NCBI GenBank assembly: GCA_035689185.1
Contig: DASSLY010000010.1
Location: 13,036-77,035, forward strand
Reading direction: 5' to 3'
Length of the DNA stretch: 64,000 nucleotides
Source: Dermatophilaceae bacterium
Lineage (GTDB): Bacteria > Actinomycetota > Actinomycetes > Actinomycetales > Dermatophilaceae
Part shown: positions 52,128 to 61,200 of the stretch, piece by piece
Layout: every line of letters starts with the position of its first letter
Position numbering within the stretch: the first letter of the stretch is position 1
Translations under genes and position numbers: made by a program
Notes under the pieces: model-generated
Told to the model about the DNA's origin: nothing
The model's input: only the letters and a program-made list of their open reading frames with translations
Databases searched by the model: none

Positions 52128-54794
52128 TTACGGGACGTTGACCGGGTGCTTGTGCGTGCCGGCCTGCGGTCGGTTGGCATCCAGGTCGGCGATGCGGGTC
52201 AGCGCGGCGTCAAGCGCCCCCTGGACCTGCGGGCGCTCGGCGTCGAGCGCGGCATACGGGGTGAACAGCGTTGCTACGGCGTCGTACTCGGCTTGGGCAA
52301 CAGCCAGCGCGGCCTGCGCGGCCTGGTCCGCGGCCCGGGCCTCTGCGGCCGCGGCGCCCAGCTGGTCGACCGTGGCCTGCACGGCGCCGAGGGCGGCCAC
52401 GGCCTCCCGGCGGGCCTGTTCGAGGCTCTCCAGGGCCGTACCGGCGACGAACCGGGTCAGCTTGCGCAGCGGAGCCAGGTAGGTGGACAGGCCGGCGACG
52501 ACGAGGGCTCGCTCGAACTGGCGGCCCAGGACCACAGCCAGCGGCGTGCCGGCTCGCACCGCGGTCAGCACCTCCTGGGCTCGTCGAACCCGGCCCGAGC
52601 TGAGGTCGACGGCCATCGGCAGCCGGGACTCGGTGCGGTCGTCCAGCGGCGCCAGCGCGGTCAGCCCGTCCCGGGCGGCTGCGGCCCCGGCGGCGTCCCC
52701 GGACGCGAGCGCGGTGGCGAGGCGCGCGGCCCACGCAGCCCGCCGCTGCCCGAGGTAGCCCGAGCGCAGGACGGCGGCGGTGGCAGCGTGAGCGGCGCTC
52801 GGCGCGTGGATGTGGCCGAAGCTGCGGGGCTGGCGCCGGGGGGCCAGGTCCGTGGCGTAGCCGTAGGCGCCCACGGCCGGGCTCGCGGCCGCGGCGGAGA
52901 GCCGGTGCGTCGCGGCAGCGGTCACCCAGGCGTCGACGCGGTGAGAGCAGGCGTCCAGCTGGGCCGCCAACGCGGTGGCCAGGGCAGGACGCCCGTGGCC
53001 GGCGAGCACGGCGCCGAGGCGGTCGAGCAGCGCCGGGCCGCCCGGCGCCGCCGCGACGCTGACGGCGAGCGCGCCCAGCACCGACTCCACGGCGCCCGCC
53101 TGCGCCGCCGCGTCCGCGGTGCCGGCCGCGAGTGCCGCGAGGTAGGTCTGCGGCGCTCCGGGCCCCTCCGCCGGGCCCAGCAGCCCCGGCTCGCCGGCCA
53201 CGTCCTGCCCGGCGTCGGGGACGCGCCGGAACGCGGTGACCGACCAGCGCAGCGAGACTGCGGACTCCCCCAGCAGGTCCGGCAGGGCGGAGTCGTCGGT
53301 CGCGGTGACCCGCCGGGCCGGCGGCGGCAACCTCTCCGGGTCGCCCGGGTCGACGTGCAGCGGCACCAGCTGGCGTCTGGCCGCGGTCCGGACCCGCGGC
53401 GCGAGGCCGCGTTCGAGGTCGTCGGGCCCCGCGGCATACCGGCTCAGGTCGAGGGTCGGCAACACGCCGAACGGCTGCTTGCCGACGCGTAGCGGCGGCG
53501 CCGGCCCGGCGGGGCGCAGGGCGGCGGCGGCCTGGGCGGCACCGGGGTCGTCGAGGTCGCTGATGAGCGTGCCGCCGGCTGCAGCCGCGACGAGCTCGGC
53601 GACGGCGTCGTACAGGTCGTCGCGCGGGTTGGCCGAACCGCCGACCAGGCCGAAGGTGGCGGCCGGCACGCCGAGGACCGCGGCCAGGGCCGCGCCGTCG
53701 GTGCCGACGGCGAGCGGGCCGGCCGCCCCGAGCAGCGACCGGGCGAGGGCTCGCTCCCACTCCTCGGTGCGCCGGGTCCGCTCGGACGCCGTGTTGTTCG
53801 TCGCGGTGCCGGCCGGGAGGATCTCGGCTCCGACCGAGAACGCGTGCGCCGCCAGCAGCCGGGCGAGGTCGTCCCCGGACGTCCCGGCGCGCACGCCGAC
53901 CACGACGACCTCCTCGACCGCGGTCACGTTGGCAGGCAACGAGATCCGCACGGCCATCCCGGCCTCGACCGCAGCATCCAGGTCGGTGGTCCACGGGCGG
54001 TCCTGCGCGGAGTGGAGCACCGGCACGGCCAGGTCGCGATCCAGCGGTGCACCCCAGGTGACGTATGCCGGCGGGTCGCCGGCCGAGGACACGTCGACAG
54101 GTTCCCCGCTGGCCAGCAGCACGACAGCGAACCGGGTGGGCAGCAGCCGGACGGTGACGGTCAGGTCCAGCTCGTCGTCCCGGCGGCCGGCCGGGGCGGC
54201 GGCCGGCGCCGTGGCCGAGACGACCCACGCGGCTCGTGCGGGCGGCACGCGGTTGGCGAGGTCGCGCCAGGCCTGGTCCGCCTGGGCCTGGCCGCCGAGG
54301 GAGCGGGTTGCCCAGTACGCCTGCCCCAGCGTGGCCTCCAGCGGGCTCAGCCGAGGGTCATGCCGGTCGACGGACAGGTCGGTCGGGATGACGCGCACGG
54401 CCAGCCCCTGTGGCAGCCAGGCCGTGTGCACGCGGACCGGCAGCAGGGCGATCGGCTGCGCCACCGGCGGGCCCTCGACCAGCCGGGCGGTCGCCGTGTC
54501 CCGCGCCGTCAGGTGGTCGGCCAGCTCTCCCTCCAGGGCGTCCAGCGCGGCCGCCAGGGCGGCGAGCTCGGCGTTCGCCGCGGCATACGGACCCACCCGG
54601 CCGGCCATGGCGTCGGCCACGGCGGCGAGCTGGTCGCGCCAGGCGACGAGAGGGGACAGGGCGGTCTCCGCGGCGTGCAGGTCCCGCAGCGCGGCGACCT
54701 GCGCCGCTCGGGCGGCGGCGACCTCGGCCTTCCACTCGTTGAACGCGATCCGCCAGTCTCCGGGGTCGTCGGAGCCGGGGTCGAACGGGCGCAT
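52128..54794 (-). CDS. hypothetical protein, gene 5 of the seven-gene operon (888 aa; coiled-coil N- and C-termini)
   Basis: ATG 54794 shares 1 nt with the gene 4 TGA (TGATG). The track's upstream extension to 55046 is Arg-rich and overlaps gene 4. Segments: 'IALLPVRVHTAWLPQGLAVRVIPTDLSVDRHDPRLSPLEATLGQAYW', 'LRVGKQPFGVLPT' and 'HRVDAWVTA'. Confidence 0.75.
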   Translation of the reverse strand: MRPFDPGSDDPGDWRIAFNEWKAEVAAARAAQVAALRDLHAAETALSPLVAWRDQLAAVADAMAGRVGPYAAANAELAALAAALDALEGELADHLTARDTATARLVEGPPVAQPIALLPVRVHTAWLPQGLAVRVIPTDLSVDRHDPRLSPLEATLGQAYWATRSLGGQAQADQAWRDLANRVPPARAAWVVSATAPAAAPAGRRDDELDLTVTVRLLPTRFAVVLLASGEPVDVSSAGDPPAYVTWGAPLDRDLAVPVLHSAQDRPWTTDLDAAVEAGMAVRISLPANVTAVEEVVVVGVRAGTSGDDLARLLAAHAFSVGAEILPAGTATNNTASERTRRTEEWERALARSLLGAAGPLAVGTDGAALAAVLGVPAATFGLVGGSANPRDDLYDAVAELVAAAAGGTLISDLDDPGAAQAAAALRPAGPAPPLRVGKQPFGVLPTLDLSRYAAGPDDLERGLAPRVRTAARRQLVPLHVDPGDPERLPPPARRVTATDDSALPDLLGESAVSLRWSVTAFRRVPDAGQDVAGEPGLLGPAEGPGAPQTYLAALAAGTADAAAQAGAVESVLGALAVSVAAAPGGPALLDRLGAVLAGHGRPALATALAAQLDACSHRVDAWVTAAATHRLSAAAASPAVGAYGYATDLAPRRQPRSFGHIHAPSAAHAATAAVLRSGYLGQRRAAWAARLATALASGDAAGAAAARDGLTALAPLDDRTESRLPMAVDLSSGRVRRAQEVLTAVRAGTPLAVVLGRQFERALVVAGLSTYLAPLRKLTRFVAGTALESLEQARREAVAALGAVQATVDQLGAAAAEARAADQAAQAALAVAQAEYDAVATLFTPYAALDAERPQVQGALDAALTRIADLDANRPQAGTHKHPVNVP

Positions 54795-55822
54795 CAGGGG
54801 GCGCTCTCGTTGACGGCCCGCACGTCGGCGATGGCCGACTGGAGGGCATCGAACGCCTGGTCCCGCCGGGCGGTCGCCTGGGCCACGGTTGCCTGCAACC
54901 GGTCCAGGACGGCCCGGACTGCGGCTGCCTGCGCGGCCAGGTCGTCCGTGCGAGGCACCGCGCCGCGCTGGGCGCGAGAAGTGGCCACGAGGCCGTCGAG
55001 CACGGCCGCGACCTGGGGCGGGTCGGGCAGGGATGCCTCGGTCCACCCGTGCAGGGCCTGGGCGAGGGCTGCCAGGGTCTCGATGCCGGCGTCGTGGCCG
55101 GCGAGGACGGCGTCACGGCCGAGGTTGACGGTATGCCGTTCGGCCCGGGTCCGCGCGCGGTCCTGCCTCAGCCGGGATACCTCGACCTGCTCCTCGTCGG
55201 CGAACGCCGCGAGGTCGTCGCGGTCCAGCGGCGCCTGGACCCGGCCGGTGCGGGTGTCGAGGTCGGCCAGCGCTCGCTGTGCCGCACCCGCCGCGGCGGC
55301 GGCCGCGTCGCCGGCGGCCTCGGCGGCCGCGAGCTGGGACTGCGCCGCCGCCAGGTCGGCCTGGCGGGAGGCGACGTCGGCCTGGCGGGAGGCGACGGCG
55401 GCAGCGGCGGCCGTCACGGCCGCGCCCGCGGCGGCGGCGCCCGACTGCGCTGCGGTGAGGGCCTGACGAGCCGCCGTCACGGCTCGCTGGAGCTCGGCGA
55501 GACGCCTCAGCCAGGCGGTGTTCGGGTGCCCGTGGTCGTCGGGGAAGTCGGGGCGCTCGTCCTGCCACTCCCTCAGTGCGGCCTCGGCGTCGTCGAGCGC
55601 CGCAGCCTTCGACGAGACGTTCGCCTCGGCGGTGGCCAGCGCGCTCCGCGCCGCGGCCTGTGCCTGGACCGCGTCAGCGAGGGCTGCCTGAGCGCTGGCG
55701 ACCGCCGCCTGGGCGGCGGCCACGGCGCTGACGGCGGCGGTGGCAGCGGCTGCCGCGGCGGCCACGTCGGCCTGCCGCGCGGCCAGGGTGGCCTGCAGCC
55801 GGGCCCGGATGTGGTCGTACAC
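54794..55822 (-). CDS. Ala-rich coiled-coil protein, gene 4 of the seven-gene operon (342 aa)
   Basis: GTG 55822 has GGAG 8 nt upstream. More than half Ala/Gln/Asp/Arg/Leu with heptad-like runs. Contains the exact duplication 'VASRQAD' x2. Confidence 0.7.
   Translation of the reverse strand: MYDHIRARLQATLAARQADVAAAAAAATAAVSAVAAAQAAVASAQAALADAVQAQAAARSALATAEANVSSKAAALDDAEAALREWQDERPDFPDDHGHPNTAWLRRLAELQRAVTAARQALTAAQSGAAAAGAAVTAAAAAVASRQADVASRQADLAAAQSQLAAAEAAGDAAAAAAGAAQRALADLDTRTGRVQAPLDRDDLAAFADEEQVEVSRLRQDRARTRAERHTVNLGRDAVLAGHDAGIETLAALAQALHGWTEASLPDPPQVAAVLDGLVATSRAQRGAVPRTDDLAAQAAAVRAVLDRLQATVAQATARRDQAFDALQSAIADVRAVNESAP
55355..55396. repeat. perfect 2 x 21-nt tandem duplication (GTCGGCCTGGCGGGAGGCGAC) inside gene 4
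   Basis: Units at 55355..55375 and 55376..55396 are identical. They encode VASRQAD VASRQAD on the minus strand. Confidence 0.9.
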
Positions 55823-55834
55823 GCGCCGCTCCGT

Positions 55835-55921
55835 TCAGTGGTCTCGGTCAGTGGTCTGGGTCAGTGGTCTCGGTCAGTGGTCTCGGTCTGGTCTCGGTCG
55901 GTGGTCGGTCAGTGGTGTGGG
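55835..55921. repeat. 13-nt tandem repeat array (+ strand TCAGTGGTCTCGG; - strand CCGAGACCACTGA): 4 near-perfect plus about 3 degenerate copies
   Basis: Copies at 55835, 55848, 55861 and 55874 (one G/C difference). Degenerate copies at 55887, 55898 and 55909. The array fills the gene 3 / gene 4 gap and runs into the last codons and stop of gene 3. Confidence 0.9.
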
Positions 55922-58227
55922 TGGGGCGAGTCAGCGGGACGAAGCCACAGGGACACCGGGATCCGGACGCGGACCGGTGCCCGGGTCAGCGCGGCGGCCA
56001 CCGCCGCGCTGTCGGCGCCCCAGACGGCCACCGGGGGGACCCCCAACGGGGTCGTCGGGGCCGTCGGGCGGCCGACGCCGAGCAACGGGCCCTCGACCGG
56101 CACGTGCAGCCGCCCGGTCAACTGGGGGTGGGCCCAGTCGAGGTCCTGCCAGGTGGTCAGCGGCGCGCTGGACCCGTCGGCGGGGGCCTCGTCGACGCCG
56201 AACCGCGGGTGCTGCACGGCCTCCTGGAGCACGACGTACCAGACCTGTCCGGACGGGCCGGTGGCCAGCTCGTCGACCGTCCGGGGGAAACCGACCAGTG
56301 TGGTGTCGGGCCCGATTGAGGCTTCGAAGGAGGCCGCCACGTGCTCCTCCGGGCCCCCGGGCTGCTGGCCGGACAGGTAGACAGTGGTCGACGGAAACCG
56401 CCTGATGAGCGACCCCCGGAGCACCACGACCAGCCGGTCGGCGTCTCCCAGGTGGCTGCCCAGTGAGCTCGCCGGGTCCCAGTCGTCGACCGGTTGCATC
56501 GAGGGCCCGGCGGTCCGTCCGGGAGTGGGCCAGAAGGTCCGGAACATGGTCCCGGACGCATCCAGCGGGAAGCGGCGCCACCGCAGCTCGCGACCCAGCG
56601 CGTGGTCCAGCCCGACCAGGAAGGCCTCGACGAACGGCTGATTGGTCCGCATCAGCACGACCGAGTCCAGCGGGATGCCGTCCAGCCCCGGCAGGACCCA
56701 GGCCGGCGAGGTCGCCCGCAGCAGCTCGAACGCCGGGTCCGGGAACGTCGGGCAGAACCTGCCGTATGCGGTGCCGGTCGCCACCGAGGTCGCCGGCGGA
56801 CGCGCGCCGGCCAGTGCGCGGAGGCCCGCCTGCCCGCGGACCGCGGCGACCGCCATACCCCGCCTGGCCAGCGGTCCGCCCGGACGCATCAACCGCCGCG
56901 CCACGATGGCCGAGGCCGGCACGCCGAGCCGGGCGCCGTCCCCCAAGCCGGTCCCGAGGGCGCCGCCCAGGTGGCGGTCGGCGATCGAGGCGGTCACCGC
57001 CGCGGCAACCTCCTGCGACGTGACGCCCACGCTGGCGGGCTCGGCCGCGGCGAGCTGCGCCCAGGCCCGGTCGACCAGGTCCTCCTGGTCCACCAGGACC
57101 GCCCACGCTGCAAGGCCGGCCGCGCTGCGGTGGCGGGCGTCGGTGTTGAGCTGCTCGAACCAGCCGGCCGGCCCGGTCGCCGCCGAGACGGTGGTCGCGC
57201 CGGCGGCATGGTCCTGGCCGTAGAGCGGCGGACGCAGCTGCAGAGCGGGGCCGTCGGCGCTCACCGCGGCCGCGAGGGACGACGCGAACCCCGGGTCCGG
57301 CGCGGCGTCGGGCTGCTCGCTCAGGGGTCGCACGGCTCCCTGCACGGTCACCGTTGACCCGGCGGCCGCGGCAGCGCCCCACCCGGCGGCGTCGATGCGC
57401 ACCGTCACTCCCCCGGCCGCCGCCGGAGCCTGGCGGGGACGCAGCCGGCGCGCCAGCGTCTCGAACGTGCCTGAGCCCGCGGTGCCGAACGTCCAGGAGT
57501 GGTACACCGGCAGCGTCACCGCGCCGGCGTCCACCCACGCGGGCCCCAGCGGGTCGCCGGCGGGCGGTGGCAGGCCCGCGGCGGCGACGCCCGCGGCATA
57601 CGTGGGAACCAGGCAGGCGAGGTACTGCCGGTCGGGCGCCAGTCGGACCGGGCAGAGGACACGCGCGAACGACCACTCGGGGTCCAGCAGCGCGGTCTCC
57701 GACGGGACCCCGGGCCGCTCGGTGAGGTGGACGTGCGCCCAGGCCCAGGCCTGCGTGGGGTCGGGCAGCAGCGCTCCCGGGCAGGTCAGCCGGGCGGTGC
57801 TGGCCCCCGCCGGGGCGGCGAGCTCGGCGTCGTCCAGCGGCACCACTACCAGGGCCAGCCACGGCTGCAGGCGTCGTTGCGCGGCCGTCGCGCCGGGGTG
57901 CTCGGGGTCGGCGACCGTCGCGGCCACCGGCCCCTCCGGGGTGAACCGCCAGGGCAGGTCGGCGTCGCGCAGCTCGACGTAGGGGAACATGGCCGGCTCG
58001 AAGTCCGTGCACCCGTCGACCGGCTCGGTCCGGCGGACCTGTTCGGGGTCGAGGCCGCCCACGTCACCCGGACCCAACAGGTCGATGGGGACGTCGGCGG
58101 CCCCGGCCGTCGCCACGCTGACCCGGGCGGGGATGGCCGCCCGCGCGGACCCGGCTGGCGGGCGACCGGCCAGCGGGCTCGGCAACCCCACCCGGTGCCA
58201 GGCCCAGAAGCTGCGGGCGAGGGCCAT
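55909..58227 (-). CDS. hypothetical protein, gene 3 of the seven-gene operon (772 aa)
   Basis: ATG 58227 shares 1 nt with the gene 2 TGA (TGATG). The track extension to 58377 is Arg-rich. Segments: 'FEPAMFPYVELRDADLPWRFTPEGP', 'RLQPWLALVVVP', 'VYHSWTFGT' and 'WYVVLQEAVQHPRFG'. No recognised domain. Confidence 0.75.
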   Translation of the reverse strand: MALARSFWAWHRVGLPSPLAGRPPAGSARAAIPARVSVATAGAADVPIDLLGPGDVGGLDPEQVRRTEPVDGCTDFEPAMFPYVELRDADLPWRFTPEGPVAATVADPEHPGATAAQRRLQPWLALVVVPLDDAELAAPAGASTARLTCPGALLPDPTQAWAWAHVHLTERPGVPSETALLDPEWSFARVLCPVRLAPDRQYLACLVPTYAAGVAAAGLPPPAGDPLGPAWVDAGAVTLPVYHSWTFGTAGSGTFETLARRLRPRQAPAAAGGVTVRIDAAGWGAAAAAGSTVTVQGAVRPLSEQPDAAPDPGFASSLAAAVSADGPALQLRPPLYGQDHAAGATTVSAATGPAGWFEQLNTDARHRSAAGLAAWAVLVDQEDLVDRAWAQLAAAEPASVGVTSQEVAAAVTASIADRHLGGALGTGLGDGARLGVPASAIVARRLMRPGGPLARRGMAVAAVRGQAGLRALAGARPPATSVATGTAYGRFCPTFPDPAFELLRATSPAWVLPGLDGIPLDSVVLMRTNQPFVEAFLVGLDHALGRELRWRRFPLDASGTMFRTFWPTPGRTAGPSMQPVDDWDPASSLGSHLGDADRLVVVLRGSLIRRFPSTTVYLSGQQPGGPEEHVAASFEASIGPDTTLVGFPRTVDELATGPSGQVWYVVLQEAVQHPRFGVDEAPADGSSAPLTTWQDLDWAHPQLTGRLHVPVEGPLLGVGRPTAPTTPLGVPPVAVWGADSAAVAAALTRAPVRVRIPVSLWLRPADSPHPHH

Positions 58228-61200
58228 CAGGACGCTCCCGTCCCGGCGGCGACGGCCACGGCCGGGTCGCCCGGCTGGCCCGGCAGGTCGAGGTCGGTGA
58301 TGTCCAGGGTGTCGACGACGGCGACGCAGGCCACGGACGGGCCGTTGCTCGACGCCGCCTCCGGGGCTATCGACCAACCCGACGTCATCGGCTGGAACGA
58401 CGGGGCGGCCAGCGCCTGGTCGCCGGGCAGGTCGTTGAACTGCGCCGGCGCGAACAGGTCGGTGACCGGGGCTCGTCGCACCCCGGGGCCCAGGTCGAGT
58501 CCGACGGTGTACGCCCGCGGGCCGGCCTCAGCCAGCCGGGAGCCGAGGCGGCTGATCGGCAGGTCGAGCGGGGCGACCTTCTGCCGGACCGAGACCTCGG
58601 CCAGCGGGTGCGCCAGCACCCGCTGGGAGCCGGGCCGCGCGGCGACGACGGTGACGCCGGGGGCGCGCGAGGCGGGCAGGACGGCCTGCCAGGCGTCCGG
58701 CGAGCGCACCGCCTCCCAGATCAGCGAGGCGACGTCGGCGGTCTCGACGGTCAGCGCCCCCGCGGTCGCCGACCCGAGAGTGACGTCGACCGGGATGCCG
58801 ACGTCCCAGAACAGGACCGAGAAGCTCGCCTTCCCGGTGAGGTGCCACGGGCTCGGTCCGGTGACGTGCAGGGTCAGCCGCAGCGAGAGCAGCGTCGAGC
58901 CGCCCGCGGTGATCTTGACCCAGGCCGCGAGGTCGACCTGGAGCTGGAACGGCGACCACTGGATGAGCGCGTCGAACGACCCGCCCCCCTCCACGCCGAA
59001 CCCGCTCTTGGCCAGCTTGATGCTGGCCCGGGCACCCAGCTGCAGGGTGTTGGGGGTGATGGCGAGGTAGGCCTCGAAGCGCACCTGCGGCGTCTCCCCG
59101 GTGGTGAGGGTCATGGAGATGCGCTTGAGCGGGCGGATGCCGGGGGGCGGGGTGAACCCCGGGTGGAACCCGCCGACGGACAGCAGGAAGCCGGGGTTGG
59201 TCAGCCAGTCCAGCCGCAGCGCGACGTCACCGCTGATCGCGAAGGACAGGATGCGGGAGTCGTGCAGCGACGCGTCGAGCGCCAGCTGGCCCTTGCCGAG
59301 GTCCAGGACCCCGATCGCGTCGACGTGCAGCTCGACGACGGCCGCGTCGGGCTTGGGCAGCTTCGCGGTGAGCGCCGCCAGGATGACCGCGCGGACCGGC
59401 TGCGGCAGGTCGAGCAGCACCGCGACCCGCATGGTGAGCAGCGGCGGCGTGCCCCAGGAGATCTCCGCGAGCGGTCCGACGACGAGCCGGTCCCGCGCGA
59501 TCGGGAAGACCTGGTCCAGCGTCCGCAGCACCCGGTCGGCGTTCTTGACCGGGTCCTGGACGAACAGCACCGAGTCCAGCACGCCCGACCCAAGGCCACC
59601 CCGGATGACGTCAGCGTCGACGGTGCGGTTGAGCGCCACCAGGCCGCCGATGCCGGTGAGCGCGAACCCCATCCCGAGCTGGACCGGGGTGAAGCCCTGG
59701 GCCGTGATGAGGATGAGCAGCGCGAAGCCGGGACGGCCGTCCGGCAGCCGGGTCGTCAGGATCCCGATGGCCTTCACCGCCACGCTGCCGAACAGCTTCA
59801 GCTCGGCGATGCCGGCATACGTGCCGGTTTGCGGGTCGACGCGCAGGTAGCCCCCGCCGCTCACGGCCGGGCTGTTGATCGCGATGCCGACCCCGCTCGG
59901 CGGCTTGAGCCCGAAGCGCAGCGCGAGGTCGCCCAGCACCCGCTCCCCCGGCGTGGCCGCCGGGGCGGCCTCGAGCGCCACCCCCACCTCCGACAACGCC
60001 ACCGCGAACGGCCCCAGGCTGCCCGAACCGCTGACCGCGACGACGAGCCGTAGCCCCGGGTCGGCCGCGCGCAGGCCGACGGTCACCGAGTCCAGCCGCA
60101 GCCCGCCGGCCCCCGCGGCCACCGGCACGGTGACCGCCAGCCCCGGCGAACCGGCCAGGGTGAGCCCGGACTTGGACGACCAGCGCAGCACGAAGCCGAC
60201 GTCGACGCGGCGCGGCGCGGCCCCCAGCAGCCGGCCGAGGAACCCGGTGTCCTGGCCCAGCTCGAGCACCAGGCTGAGGGCCGGCGGCGCCGGGTCGGGT
60301 CCGGTGCCGACCTCCACCAGGAGCTCCGGGTCGGCCAGCGTGCCCCGCACCCGGGCGCCGAGGAGCAGCTGGCCGAGCTCGACGCGGGGGCCGCCGGCCG
60401 AGCCGAGCACCACCCACGGCGGCTCGCGGGTCCCGGTCAGCGCCAGGGAGGTGTCGACGGCCAGCGTGGCCGCACTGGCAGAGACCACCACCGCGTGCGG
60501 CTCCACCCGCAGCGCCAGCCCGTCGTCGGTGTCGGCCGCGCCGGTCAGCGCCCACGTCAGCTGCGCCCCGGGGGGCAGCTCCGGCTCGTCGTCGGGGTCG
60601 ACCGGGTCGTCGGGGTCGTCCGGCGGACCCGACCCGACGCCGCCGACGACGTAGGCCGACACGAGCAGCGCGTCCGGTCGGCCCGAGCCGGTCGTCGGGA
60701 CCGGGACGGGCAGCACCGACAGGCCCATCTCCAGGTGGTCGGGGTCGCCGTCGATGCCCTCGCTGACCAAGGGGACACGCAGCTCCCGCACCAGGTCGCG
60801 GTCCGGCGCGCCCGCCGGGTAGTGCCGGTCGAGCAGGTCGGCCGCTGGCACCCGGGCAAGCGCGGGCACGTCGACCGCCCACGCCGCCCGGACCAGGGCA
60901 TCGAGCACGGCGACGTGGTCCAGGCCCTCCGGAGCGCCCCAGCGGTAGGCCGCGCGCAGCAACGCCACCGGGTCGGCCAGCTCGCCGAGCCGGTCCCAGC
61001 GGATCCGCCGGGGGGTGTATGCGGTGCGGTTGCGTTCGGTGGGCTGCACCGTCCGCGTCTGCACGATCCCCACCGTCGTCAGGACCGCGACCAGCCCGGG
61101 CTTGACCCGCTCCAGCCAGCGCAGGACGACGTCCTCGACCAGCCCTTCGGCCAGCTCGGAGACGAAGCCCGGCTGGTCGAGCGGGAAGGGCAGGTTCGCC

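Noticed and set aside
55835-55921. Possible CRISPR-like or transposon terminal repeat inside the large operon.
   Set aside because: The 13-nt units are directly abutting with no spacers. No inverted terminal copy or transposase is present. I treat it as a simple tandem array.
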